Part shown: positions 36,701-51,700 of the stretch, one piece after another
How the letters are laid out: each line of letters starts with the position of its first letter
How positions within the stretch are numbered: position 1 is the stretch's first letter
NCBI GenBank assembly: GCA_030141605.1
Contig: JAQGDQ010000302.1
Coordinates: 62,001-126,000, forward strand
Direction of reading: 5' to 3'
Source: Tubiluchus corallicola
Lineage: Eukaryota > Animalia > Priapulida
DNA: 64,000 nt
The notes under the pieces: generated by a model
Databases searched by the model: none
Told to the model about the DNA's origin: nothing
The model's input: only the letters and a program-made list of their open reading frames with translations
Program-made: the position numbers and the translations under genes

Positions 36701-39700
36701 TAACCATGCTGTATATGTTCACACTATGCTTCTGAAATCTATAGGTGTTTTACTGGTCAAGTGGTAGTATCAGGATATGTAATGAGATAGAATAATCGAT
36801 TACTGAAGTAAAAGTAATCAGTGACCATAATTACTTAATTTCTGATATCACCTTTCACTAGTGTCTTACTGATTGAAGAAATACGAAAGTTTCTTGTATC
36901 TCAACCAGGTTGTGAACAAACTTTATGCTTTTCCGCTTTTTGAAAATCTTGTGTATTTTCACTTCTCAAACTAGCTTCATTGCGACATTTGCATCAAACA
37001 GGCACCATGTCTTAAAACCTGTAATTGAAATCCAACCAAAGTGAGATCAGACAATTTATAATTTGACTAGCATGTTCTAAATTAATAGTGTAGTTTACCC
37101 ACTAATTAAAGCTATTTCTGCAATTGTTGTTACCATTTTGTAAAATTAATTTCATTCTTAACTAATGAAACTTGCAGCTGTAATCCCATGACTATGCAGT
37201 AAAAAGCCACAATGAATTATTAATAAGTACTTTATGCCTTATTGTAGCTGCAGAAGCCATTTCGCAGCTTGTTAATGAATCATTCTCTTGTTATAGTGTA
37301 TAACCTCTCCCTCTCCCTCCCCCCCCCTCTCTCTGTCTCTTTCTCTCTCCCCCTCTCTCCCTCTTTCCCTTTTGATTTTGTTGCCTGCTGTTGTAACTCT
37401 TGTCGTGAAAATGACATTTTTTACGGTGTGTTTTAATGGCGTGTCACAGTCTCGTTATGATGCAATTGTAAAATATGAATGCCATAAAACTGCAGCTGTT
37501 GTTTTAGGAGCTGTTAGCTTAATGAGAATCCTGTAATATGTGTAGAAATTCTTAGCTACCATTATTTGTATTGTGTTATTTTGCTTTATTGCAATCAATA
37601 CAACTGTGTCTGGTTACGATATGCCAAATTTACTTAAAATCAAATTGCGTACTGTATAGATATCATAGTTATGCTGTCTCACTTTATCTGTATCTTTTGT
37701 CACTATGTGACTGTGTCTCATCTTAAATTATCAGAAAGACGTTTCTCCTTACTTACTGCTCTGAATGGTCAATAATCAGTGGAAAATAAGCATTTTTCTT
37801 AAGTTTTTAGTATATGAATAAAAGTAATAGTGAACATTGTGCAAAAAATGAGTTTTTTGTAGTATCTAAAAATGTTTCGTTCACTTTCTGAACCCTGTTG
37901 GGACTTCATTGCACAACCAATAACCAGTAATACATTTTTTCAGTTATTGCTTCCTATTTTTTTATTTTTGTTGTTTCTAGTACATTCGTCTTTCCATTGA
38001 CTCCCGTCCGGAACTGATCCTGCAGCTACTAACCCATCATTGGGGCCTGGAGTTGCCAAAACTTGTCATCTCTATTCATGGTGGCATCTCTAATTTTGAA
38101 CTGCAGCCAAAGCTGAAGCGTATGTTTCGCAAGGGTCTTCTGAAGGCAGCCAAAACAACTGGTTCTTGGATACTAACGGGTGGAACTAATACAGGTGCTT
38201 TACTTCTTAGACATTTGACGTATATATTATAGAACTGCATAAGCTTAATTTTAGTTGTCTTGTGCTCGGTTGCATATACATGGTCTAGAAGATTTTCGTT
38301 TGTATTAAGCTACATATATTTTCATTCGAGACTATCCTGATCGTATACATTATGTGCTACAGCTACTGGCTTTTACACATAAGTTCAAAAGACTCATTGG
38401 CCAATAGGAAGAAATTTCTGTAAATTTCTTTCAGAACTAATTCGTTTTATGAGAATAAAAATTGTTTAAATAAAGCAATCACAAATGTTATAAAATGTAG
38501 TGCAGTAATTAGACTGTGCATGATTTAAAGTAGCAAAATAAATTTGGCAGTTAATCCTAAAACCAATCAGAAAAATATGTTTTTTCTTCTTGACTGTGAA
38601 ATTTTTAGTACACATATAGATTAGGTTGTTTGAGTTTTGTGTGAGCTTAATGGCAATAATAATAGAAAATATTTTTCAATTTCGTGTTTGCGCAAGTGTT
38701 TTGGCGACTCTCAAAACTTTAATCACTGAATTGATTTTAGAAATCTTAGTCTCATAACGTATCTGTACACATGGGTTTTAAAATGTTATGGAAGTTTTAC
38801 TGCACCTATAAAGTAATCACTAAAGGGCATAAGAAGTATGGGGTGGCAATTAAGGTGTAATAATATCTTAAAAAGAAATAATTCTAATAATCGAAAACAA
38901 GCTAGCACAGCTAACACGTATTATTTGGTGTACCTGCTGTTAGCTTAGAGATGATATGTTTCCCTTATATTCTACATTCATTTGTTTGTCTTCTACTCTT
39001 CTATGCTGGCTTCATTATCATTCCAGTTTCATGTATTCTAGTATTCGTTAGAAAGGGGAGTGCTGCAGAATTCTGCTCATTAAAAGCAGAAAGATTATTC
39101 TCAATAATAATTATAGCTCTCTGTCACATCGCATGGTTAGTAGTAGGCCTATGTAATGTGTCATTGAAAAAAGAAACTAAGTAAATGTGCATTGTTACAG
39201 TTTAAACATGTTGGTTTGACAGTAAATAAGACTTGAAAATTGCCAAAGATAAAAACAATTTGTACAATGTATATTTATGTTTTTTAGCTTTATTCTTTTC
39301 TTCCATCTGAGTTTCTTTGTTGTTGTTTTGAATCTTTAAATTGTCAAATGGAACTCATATTTCATTTTTTGTACTCAATGTTTTTCATTTGGCAAGTTTC
39401 GTTGTTTTTAACTTTCTGCGTCATGTAGGTTTACAGATTGTTTTAATCCTTTTTTTCCATTGTTTCAAGGTGTTAACAAGCAAGTTGGCGATGCGTTGAG
39501 TGATCGCATGTCCATCGCAAAGGCCAAAACAAGAATTGTCACTATAGGAATAGCACCGTGGGGAATGATAGAACATCGTGAGGATCTTCTCGGAAGAGAT
39601 GTAAGCCAATTATTATAGTTTGTGGCACATATTTATAAATATGTGGTTATTGTAATGTATTTGCATTGTCTAGACGCTGTAGCTTTTTGTGGTCAGTCTG

Positions 39701-42700
39701 TGCCTTGAACTGTAGCATTGCTGAATAGAGTTTACTCAACGTCTAGGAAGATCAGGCGAATGACACATTGTAGCTTTCTGAGATTCGTTTTTATTTATCC
39801 GAGTGAAAAGAAGTGGAAATCGAATAAGAAGCTATTAGTTTGGCTATCAATGGCTCCACTTGAATGACTGACTTCTGTATTGTGATTTTCTGGCTGTTTT
39901 GTTGCTTCCTTAATGGCTGCTATTTTAGTTCCCCTTGTTATATTTGAAGCACTTGTATAGTTGCAAAATGTCTTTTCTCTAGAACGAACTGTTTTCTAGC
40001 ATCTATGAAACCGTAGTCTAAAAATATCACAAATTTATTCGCCATTTATAGGCCCTATTCATCCAGTCACTTTCCAATTTCTGGAGAGCATTAACAGTCG
40101 ACTGATAGCAGCAAATGAGTTTGTAAGTGCATGTACTTGTAAGGTCTTTCACTGCGTGTCATACCATCACTGGTATTCATTTCGTCATAAAGCCGTTAAG
40201 CCATTATGAAAGCAGTGCCATTCTGTGAAACAGCTTGCAAAAAGGCAACAGCAGATCAATACAGTAAGTGCAAAAATCGATCTCACAAACGCCTAATTAT
40301 TGGTCCATACATCCTCAGTCAGGACGCCTCGGATCACTCCAGTGAGGTACCGACATTTCTGTTCATATGAGGAGCTTGGAATGTACATGTGATGTTCATT
40401 TGTGCCATTGATTCATGTATCATGCTTAAATAACACCCCAAATGACCTAGATCGAAGATAAGAGATATCAGCCGGTTTCAATTTTATATTATGGCATATT
40501 ATATATATATGGCATATATTTATGATCCCTGGAGCTCATAATGAGTAAAGACAGACATTTTAAGTGGTAATCGGGTGGCTGCCATATAAATTGCGGTCTG
40601 GATCGGAAATATGACGTACCGACTGAAATTAAGTGTAAATGACGGCCTATCAATCTTGGACCCTAAACATAACCATGACAGACAATTATTTAAGGGACAT
40701 TGACTACCCACAAGATGCCCTAAAGTAGGATTGTCTGAAATTAGAACTTATAATTAATATGTTAGTTGCTATTTATTTACTTTTATAAATGATATGTAAT
40801 CATCCTTGAACGGTGAAATATGTAATGACACACACTACAATTGTTTCCTCGTGTCTGTCAGATACCCAAAATGTATATACCAAATTGGGACCTGGATGAA
40901 ACGTATGAAATAGCTGAAATCAAAATTAAATGATGGCCTATCAATCGTGGATTATAAAAATAACAATGGTAGAAAAGTGAACCTAGTAATGCCTACTTGG
41001 CATATACCCTAAAAGTAGGACTTGTTCGAATTTTGGACTGCCATATCCCAATATAGTCCTATATTTAGAACATTTGGTTGGAACCAGGTACCAAATGGAG
41101 TGTCTGCCATTATGTACCTTCAACCTTCAAGATGACTGTATACCCCTTAAACGCAAGTCGAATTGTAACAACTTCATTTATTATAAGTCCTAATTTTGGA
41201 CAATCCTATTTTAGGGCATCTTGTGGGTAGTTGGTTCCTCCTAAATTGTCTACCATTCATTATATTTAGGGTCCAAGATTGGTAGGCTATTATTTACACA
41301 TAATTTCGGCTGGTGTCTCCTTGTCCTAATTAAGATCCTTATCCTAATTTTGTCCGACATTTAGGGTGTTTGACAGGCACCAGACACCAGTAAAATCCAA
41401 CTGGTATCTCTTATCTTCTATCTAGATCATTTTGAGGGGTCATTTACGGGTACGCAGAAACGACATAATCATATACCATTGGCACGTAGCAAGCTGAGCA
41501 TCTTACATGACTAATACTGGTGTCTCGCTCAATCAATCTGAAGGGGTACCTGAAGTAGTATTACTTTACAGCAATTTTGTGCGTATATTTTGTTTGTTTT
41601 CATTTTAAATTTCCCGTGACACCGGGCTATTACATGACGTCATATACACACAACATAAATCAGGGGAAGAAAGGGCAACGTATAACTATGTCTCAAAAAA
41701 CTTTCCATGCAAATCTATATTACTTAGCATTTCACTTACCTACTGGAAAGACTTATGTAACTAGAAATAATTATTTAAAATGTGCGTGCCAATTGGTAAA
41801 ATGTCGCTGGCTCATTTTTCTAGGAGATTATATTCGTATCTCCCAGAAAATTCTAGCTATCTTTAAGCGCTGCTGAAGCTATCGTTGAAAGCAATAATAC
41901 TACTGCTGCTGCTACTGCTGCTGCTGCTGTTGCTGCTCCTGCTGATCGTCATGAAACTAATAATGGTACACTAGAATGAACTGAGCATCGACTGAATGAG
42001 TCGGACATTTGATCGTCATATTGAATTCAAGATGGCTGCGATGACGCCATCATGAATTATAATTTCGAAACAAATTGTCATGAAACTGTGAACGAATATT
42101 CTAGAATAAATTTTGCGTCTGTTGACGGTGTAAGTTTTTGAACCATTGTATTGTCACTCGACCGGTTTGTATTGAACTTATTTCACTTTTCTGAGCTTGC
42201 CTATGGCGCAAAAAAATCTTGCTCCTGTTTAGATAGCAATATCGCAGCACACCGAACCAGTTAAGTGGTGCGCCACTCACTAACCAAAAATGCATTTTTA
42301 ATCTTATTGACAATATATAATAATTTAAAATTTCATTTAGTTAGTAACATGTGTGCTATGCATACTTTAATTATTTTTTCAAACTTCAGCCTAATGTTTT
42401 CTAAACATTGTTTCAAACAACCTACCATTAAAATGGCTGCGCCCAAGGGTCATCGTGGGAGTTTAAATTTACATGTTTTATACAGCGTTACTGCATTACA
42501 CAAGTGCTGCATGCAAAAAAGGCTGTATGTAAGTGGAAGGTTTTCTTGGGCTTTGAGTTTTTGTAAGCTTTCAATGATTTTAAGACGTAACTGATAACCT
42601 GGACATTAACGTTTGTGGCTAGTTTCTAGACATGCCCCTTTTTGTGGCAATTGATATAACATTCTTTCTGTATAGGTAGTGAAACCTTACTACAGCATGC

Positions 42701-45700
42701 AATCATCAAAAAGCAAGTATGCATTATTCAACACTAAACATACTAACTTTCTGTTGGTGGATAATGGTACCGTGGGAAAATACGGAGCGGAAATTGTCGT
42801 ACGGAAAAAATTAGAGAAGTACATTTCACGGCAGAAAATCACTACACGTAAGTGTTGAATACATCTCGCAGCAAAGTTGAAAAAACATTTAACCGCAAAA
42901 TTTCTGTTCACTTGATTAAATAATTAGTTTCTTTGCCTACTGTATTTATACATACAATTGTTGAAATATTCACAGCAATGTTTGTGTTGAACTTGTTGTC
43001 ACACGTGCTGGTAAAAGCAATAAGCATGTGGTACATTTTTTACATTTTATGGGGTCTTGGCGCTAATTATTAAATTTCTTGTATGGTAAAAAGTTACCAA
43101 ATTTTGATGTTAAGAGTTCAAAATATTTGGTTTTTCCTTTAAAAGAATTTTTGTTAACTTGAAAAATATAATTTGCATAATGCTTTGTTATCATTAGTGT
43201 CACCAGACACATCATGTCTAGACTCACGTCTTGGGAATTTTAATCTCAAAATAAAAAAAATGACTGAAAGAACGTTTTTATAAATCTTTATAGTAGATAA
43301 TATTAATTAAATACACGTATCCACTTTTATTAAATTGATTTAGAAACTGTATAGGTTAAATTTTTGAATAGTTGGCAAATCAAATTTTATTTTATGCATG
43401 ATTTAGGCTATTTCCACCATAGTGACATAACTAATCAAAGTGTTGCTTTTACTGATTTGTTACGTCTTTGGTTGACTTTTTCCATATTTATGATAAACGT
43501 TGTTGATCATGAGTAAGGTTAAGTGTTTCCTCTTGTATATTGATATTAGCTTTTATCATGTTTCATGATTTTTCTCTAGGTGAAGCTGGAGAAAGCTGTG
43601 GGGTGCCTGTCGTATGCGTGGTACTGGAGGGTGGGCCTAATGCAATACGTACCGTACTAGAGTATGTAACTGATAAGCCACCCGTTCCTGTTGTAATATG
43701 TGACGGTAGTGGCCGTGCAGCGGATCTGTTTGCATTTGCTCACAAATTTGCTACTGATGAAGGGTATTTATCATATTCACGTGAATTTATTTAGAAATCT
43801 GCATAATATAGTACTTGGTATAATGTTAATACTGCTATCTGCATTTACATTTGTATCATTTTGAGTCAATAATGAGATTTTGTTTACCAAAGAGTTTGAT
43901 TGCATTTCTGGCATCCAGAACACCATTATTATTGTTTGAACGCCTGAATATTTTCTAGGAAGCTGAAGCTGATATCAGCTACATTAGTACAATTTCTTAT
44001 TTGCCTGTAACGCTACATCAATACATGGATGCATTGTTATGTCCTTTATTACGATATGTGTACCGCCAAAGTGCACTCATGTCATAAAAATCTGAGTCAA
44101 TGATATTTAGCAAATTAGCATGTGCTTGACTGTATGCTGATAAAAATGATTAGAAGTAATTCAAGCTGCAGCTGTAGAGTGTACTGTAAATAAGTAACAA
44201 TCAGTGCAGGGAACAGTAGTTGACTTGATTTAGGTTCTGCTAACTGCCAAAGCAGTTGAAAACTCAAGGTGTTTAATCTGTACTAGGCTGATTACATTGT
44301 TTACATATAAATGCTAGTTACATATAAACTTGCTAGATGGCAGAAGTGAACCAGAAAATGCACAAGCAACTTTTAAACCTTAAGTATTGATATGTTTTGC
44401 TTTTCCGGTGACTAAAAAATCCAACAGTTTTTCAAATTATTCTAGAACTTAGCAATCCTAACAATATTGATTGATAAAATATCTTTAACGTTTATTATCA
44501 ATGGCTTCATTTAGTATTTTACAAAACCAGCAAACGTTAACTCGGTTAAAACGTGACATAAGTGTATTTTTGCAACCCTATCTGTTATTGAGCATCTTCT
44601 AACAATATGCTTTCTGATTTGCAGGAATCTTTTGCCTAGTCTACAAGAGCAACTTGTCATAACTATGCAGAAAACATTTAACTACTCAACTGAACAGGCT
44701 GAACGTTTATATGGTGAATTAATGCTGTGTATGAAGAAAAAGGAATTGGTATTTCTTTCACATATTACTTTTCAAGTCATATTCAAGGAATTTCATGGCA
44801 TGTTGAAAGGTTCAAACCATTTTTAAGTAATATGGCAGTACACATTAGCATTTGTTTTTAATCAAAATTGAAAATCTGTTTTTCAGTAATTATCCGGTCT
44901 ATGAAATAGCATTCATCAGAGGTTTGTGCAGCTGTTGACTTTTGTGATGGATAAGTGTAATGGCTTTAACAGCATTTAGATGATTATGATTTTGTTGAAA
45001 ACGCCTTGCACATAAAGTTAACATTTCATCATGCAAATTTGTATTAATGAAAGTCTTAACATGTTAAGTTGTTAGAAGTTCTAACACGTTAATGGTGTTA
45101 CAAACCCAGATTAAATTAAATTTTGCTACCAATCTTGAAAGATTGTAAATGTGAAAAAAGTTTGTTTCAAGTTCATTTTCAAGTTTGTTATCAAAATGTA
45201 TTTAATTGTGTGTTTGTAACATCAATAATAATCTTGACATTAAGATTATAGCAAATATAATCGTAAAAGAAGTTAAAGGGCCCATAAGATACGCAGCTGA
45301 TGAAATTCAAGAGGACGAAAGCTTCTGAAAAAATAAAGAATTTTTGAGATTTATTTGCATTTTAATTTCTTTTATGATTATGACCATGGCAAATCTCAGA
45401 AGATCAAATTATAACAATTAACTAGCATGTTAAGTTGTTAAAAGTTCAGTGCTAACAGCACACATAATTGTAACACAGCACTAAAGGCAAAATATGATTT
45501 GATGTCAAAATGTAGTGCAGTTTTTGCTGATAAATATGTCATATTTAAAAATTAATGAAAAGCTTTGTACAAGCGGGAGATGTCTGTCCAAATTTGCCGA
45601 TTATCTGTATTTACCGATACTAAACTAATACAGTAGGCGCAGTGTATTAGACTCACAGTAATGTAGAATCAATTGTCTCAAAAACTTCTAGTATGGGCCG

Positions 45701-48700
45701 CTTCTGACAATCAAGCTACGCACGTGTCGTTACACGCTGCTTGGTGCACTGAAGTAATGGTGCAAACAAAGTGATGGCCCACCAACTAGCTGTCAACTAG
45801 TAAAACAATGGATTGTGTCTGTAGTATGTGGGACTTTTAACAGTCCAGATTTTGTCCGATTTTTCCGGCAAACCGAGATGTGAGTGTATAGGTTGTGGAG
45901 TATTCCCGCAAACCAAATGTGTGATCTACAAATAAGCTGTTAGCCACAGCTTTCTTGCTTAATGCATTGTAATTAAAGGTAACAATTAACTTTTCTGGCT
46001 AAATTTCATGAAAACTATATTTAACATAGATTACGAGTTACTGAAAAATTTTCAAGCATTTTTTGCAATGATAATAATTGTTTTCTAATTCATAAAGTAA
46101 TAATAATTTCATACTACAAATTTGATAAAGCCAACTTATTTGAGCCTCTATAGTTAAGCACATTAACTTCTCAAACACCCTTTAGTTAGGACTTGCACAG
46201 CTCATGGATTTTATGCAAATGAATGAAATGATTGTAATTTCAGTGGTTATCCTTGTCTACTACTCAACTGTAGAGCCAAAGAAACAGAGTAGTTTTCAGT
46301 TTTTCTTTTCCTTTCGAAGCTCACATTAATTCAGACAGTATAGCCTGTCTGCTCAGACATACAACCGTCGTCAGTGAATTACAGGGCAAACTCTGCAACA
46401 GTCCAGTTATTTTCTCGTCGATCACATTTAAGAATCCACCGTTTTCTTACAATTTTATGCTTTGGAAAACTTAAAAATTGTCACTCAGCTAGAAGCATTA
46501 TTTGAGCGAGTCATTGATAAATCTATCAAGCATGAATGATCAGAAAACAGAAAATTTAACCACGCTGCAATAATAAAGCAGTGCACCGGGTATTGCAAGT
46601 GTCATCACTTTCGTTCCTAATATTTTTTCATCTATCGCATATAATGCATTGTAGTAAGTGTGGACAAAGTTATGAATTGAGCTTAACATTAGAAATGCAT
46701 TCAGTGCTGCTTTACAGTGATCTTGCACATAAGGTTGAGACAGTTGTATGGAGTGATCAGCTACAAGAAAGTGTTTACCACACAAGGTTGTGCCCAGTGC
46801 ACATAAACTTGTTAAGATTATCCATTACCTAATTTGTTTAAAGTGTTTGCCACATAAAATTATTAAAAGTTGCCATCATATTAAGTTGTATTTCAGAAGT
46901 TATTATCATTTTCAACAAGCACTTTTTATATCTCTATTTCATAGACAAGTATTTGATGTAAAAACATAATCTACAGTATGTTTGTTACTTTTTACTTGTC
47001 CATGCAGTGCAGTTTGTATGCTGTTCAGTGTGTTTTCTGGTTGTGTCTGCTATTGAATAAGCAACGTAATCAATCAGCACTTGCTGTTATTGCTTTTCAG
47101 ATTACAATATTTCGTATGGGCGGTGGACCAATCCAAGATCTAGATCAAGCCATCTTAACAGCATTGTTAAAAATAATCAGAACTTCAGCTGTTGATCAGT
47201 TGTATCTTGCACTAACCTGGAATCGAGTTGACATTGCCAGAAGCGAGATATTTGTCTATGGTCAAGAGTGGCCGGTAAATATCAGATTTTGCCAGAAACA
47301 AAAACACATTTCCATGCCAGATCTATTTTTCGAAAAAAAAAATTCTACAACTTCTAGTACTAGCAGGAATACAGTTTGTTTTGCATTTTACTTATAAAAT
47401 GCCCAAAATTCAGTGTTACTTCTGAAAATTTTATTTGTCAAGAAGGTTTCTTGAAGAAGTCCATTTTGCACCGTTTGAGCTGACTTTTGCTTTCATCAAC
47501 CAATACTCATGTACTTAGTTTTGTCAACTTAGTTTAAATTTTACGTAGTTATGGATACTGTAAGAAACATATTTTAATGGATAGATTATGAGCTTATTGT
47601 ACAGAATTCGAGTGTATGGGTTTGTGTTGTGGTAAGGTGAAGGTCAGAGTTCATATACTTTTCATACAAGGATTAATTGGAACATTACTGACTAAAACTA
47701 AAAGTACCTACTTTGCCTTGTTACTTTGCAGGAAGGTGCATTGGACAGAGCAATGATGGAAGCCCTGGCCAGTGATCGTGTGGACTTTGTCAAATTATTG
47801 CTAGAAAATGGTGTCAACATGAACAAGTTCTTGACCATACCGAGGCTAGAAGAGCTCTACAATGTGGTATGTAGTTATGTACTACGATGATACTATTATT
47901 CTAAAATATTTGATAACGTTTTGTTCCCGTCTGTCTCCTCTCAGCTTTTCCCATTCATTCGTCATAGCACTTTGGACTTACATTTATTGTTATTGTTATT
48001 ATACTTTTGCATTTTTTGCAGTTCACTAATATTTTAAAAAGATACTAGGAGCAAAGCTGCTGTAAATGTTGGCAGAGAAAGCAAAAAGAAATGGCAGACA
48101 AATGATAATTATTTTACGTAACTGGAGAAAATCGGTTTTCCATGCTATTGCAAATAGTGCAATTACAAGTTCATTGTTGCACCTGATTAACTTGCAGGTG
48201 ATTAAGTAATTTTATTTTTACACGATGTTTGCTAATTTTGTTACAATGAATGCTTGCAGGTAAAAGCAGACAACAGATTTATTAAGATAGGCTTTTAAGT
48301 TTTGTAATGATCACTTTTTATGCTAACATCTTTTTTTGGGTTTTGTGGCTTTGAGTAAATTTATCAAATGTTTTATGCTGTTTTGTATAGTAAATATAGC
48401 ATTTTTAATGGAGCACTGACAGAGTTTTCTCAAATAACTAAATTTGAATATAAAAAGCCAAGGTTTTCAAATAGCTAAAGAAATATCCAACTGGGGATGT
48501 GTGTTCAATGCAAATGTTGAGCATGGATTTTTTGTGCATTAATGATATTTGTAAAAAAAGCAACTTACAATTTCATGCAGCAGCAAGCCATAGCTTGGCT
48601 AAAACAGTAGGTTGCCATGATGCTCGTAGCTATCAGCCCACTATGTACATTGTCCTGCTGTAGTTTCTAGCAACATAGCACAAACTAGGGATTGGTAAAG

Positions 48701-51700
48701 TTGGCATTGCTGTTGTGACCAAGTGATTTTTTTTGCCTGCCATCTATGGACGAGTTAAAAAGGCTTTGCAAGTGTGCTGGCACTATTTGCGGTCCCATGT
48801 CTATAAAGCGGACGTGTCCAGCTCTATTCGTGTCTTTGGACAAAATTGTAATCAGTGATAAAATACTGGTGGAGAGTTTCATGTAGAAGTAGCTCTTGGG
48901 AAAAGTCTAGAACACCAAAGTATAGTTTTATGATGTAAAATGCGCAGGAGAAACAGAAAGGACGAATGTGTGGTTAATGCTTGCTTCACATGTAATTATG
49001 TGCTGGACTAGTGTAACAAAGTAGTTACTTAAATTAGACATATTAGAAGTCATGGTGTTCCACTTTTGTAAGCCTTTTGAAATAATCTCCATACGATATG
49101 TCTTGCTCAATTGGTCTTTTACCAGTTAGTTAGCTAAACATTTTGCCAAATGTTATTTGTTTTGTGTTTGTCTACGTAAGCTAATAATCATTTTTTCAAT
49201 ACAAAATACTATCTTTTATTCTGCTTTTCAGAAATGTGGTCCATCAAATACGTTATATTATCTAGTCAGCGACTTTAGAAAGGTATGTCTGTTGCTTGCA
49301 TTGATCTGTTGTAATGAAAAGCTGTGATGCTTGTCTTGACAGTTACTGTTAGAAAAAAATATAAAAAAACTAAAATTGGTTGGCTGAACTTCTTTTGCAG
49401 ATTTTCTAAAACATCTTGTTGCTTCAACACAAGTCTTGCTTTGTAAGAAGCGAACCAGTAAAGTGGTAAACTGAATATAATAAATTATATATGGTCTTCT
49501 TACGCTTTCTGAGTGAATATTCACAAATCAGAATATAATAATAAAAATTGTGAAACTGCAAATTGTAAATAACTTCTTTATTTCCAGTTTCCAATACTTA
49601 CCGATTCGGTCGGATAATTTGCTTTTTGACATCTAATCTATTTATGTAATTTTTTGTTTAATTTTGCAGTTGTCGTCATACAATTATCATTACTCATTAA
49701 TTGAGATTGGTTTAGTCATTGAGGCACTCATGGGTGGAGCTTATAGGTCTACGTACACTCGCCGAAAGTTTCGTCATATTTACAATCTTGTTACCAAGAG
49801 ATATAATGGATTTAAATCTCCAAATAAGGTAGGGGGAGTTGTGCTAACATTAATAGTGCTTTTGTGACATTGATAAGGTTCTTCACTAGCTAGCAGTTAA
49901 CTCAGAGTTACTTGTAATTTGGAAATGTTTATTGGGCTTTGAGAACTATTGGAAGAGATTTATGAAGTGTTTGGATCTCAGGAGACTAAACGGTTTATTA
50001 ATTAAAATTAAGATATTAGATAGGAATCTCCTAATTCCATGTGACATGGTTCCGTTTTGCTCGTTGAAGAACAACGCTGGAGTGTTTACCTGTCCCACAG
50101 AAAAAACTATAAATGTTATGAATGCATGTTATAAAGAAGTTATGTGCCACTTATTTTAAACAAATAAAAAGTTGGCCAATTTTCTTAAAATTTAATCATT
50201 GTTATTATTTTTTTAGTCATTCACAGTCTATCCTACGATCTCGTCTGCTTACCTGCCAAGTTTAAACAACTCTGTAGCAACATCACCAGCAGTGCACACC
50301 TTTAATAATCCGTTCCATGAACTGTTTGTTTGGGCAGTTTTGACGAAACGTCAGAAAATGGCCATGTTTCTATGGCAACAAGGAGAAGAGCCAATGGCCA
50401 AGGTAATCTAGTCTTTTTATTTATTTATTTTTGGAAGCTGAAATTACCTGTTTAATGTTTTTCAAACAAACTTTTATGAGTTACTTGTGCTGACCAAAAC
50501 TTCTTTTAATTCTCTTTATATACTCTCTTTATATATTATTTTTGCATTTATTTGTTTATTTATTTATGCTGACCAAACATTAAGTCATATATTATAAGTT
50601 AAATATGATAGTTAGTAAACTTTAAACTCTAAAATACAGTAAATAAATTTCCAGTATAAACTTTCATCAGATTCACATTTTTCCTTATTTCAAAGATGCA
50701 AGTTAGAAAAATTCTCTGCAATGTAAATAATTTTTTACAAATGGCCAAGAAACTACACATATTGGGACATGAGAGGTTTTTAGTCCCAGCTTGCATGTGT
50801 ACCTAAAATAATTTAACATTAAGTTTATTCACGTAGTAATGTAATACATGGTTTTTTAAATTCAATTTCAAGTTTACCGTTCCGATTACAACCAAAGTCT
50901 CTGTCTCACCACATCCATTCACGATAAATAGGTCCTAATGGATTTCAGCTTGCTGTGTGCAGTACAATTGACAAAAAAATTATGAATAATGAGATTACAC
51001 ATAGGAAACGTGAAACTTCAGGGAACGTTCGGCGCAATCTTCAAGACAAAACTACAAATTTACTTATCGTCTTTGTCTTTCCAGGCGCTAGTTGCTTGCC
51101 GACTTTATAAAGCCATGGCTAGTGAAGCAGCTCAGGACGACTTGGAAGTGGAAGTTTGCGAACTGCTACGTGAATATGCTAGGTAACCAGTTGTTACTTT
51201 CCTGATGAAATTGCATGACTTTTCTGATTATTTGAAGTTTAATGCACATTGAAAGTTTTCAGCGTCATATATCTTATGTAAATTGAACATGTTAATGCAT
51301 ACAAATACTCCTTTGGTTACAGGGAATTTGGAAAACTTGCAGTGGATTTTCTGGAGCAGTGCTTTAAACAAGATGACGACATGACTCAGCAGTTATTGAC
51401 GTATGAGTTGGAATACTGGAGTGACCAGACATGTCTGAGTTTAGCCGTAACTGCAAACTTAAAAGAATTTGTTGCTCACACGAGCTGTCAACTCTTGCTC
51501 ACAGAGATGTGGATGGGTGGATTGCGCATGAGAAAGAGCACAACTTTGAAGGTAACTGAAGTTTCGTTAAAATTTATAGTGATGTGCTTGTCTACTGTCG
51601 ACTATTTTCCTTTATCAACTGGAAAAGGTTTACAAAACATTTTGATTAGTAATATAATTGCTGCATAAAGACTATTTGTGTGTTTTAGTTAATTTTATTT

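Noticed and set aside
45294-45327. Hammerhead-like core CTGATGA...CGAAA
   Set aside because: Stem II does not pair (A-C closing pair) and stem I is only 3 bp; at best a dead relic, and compatible with chance.
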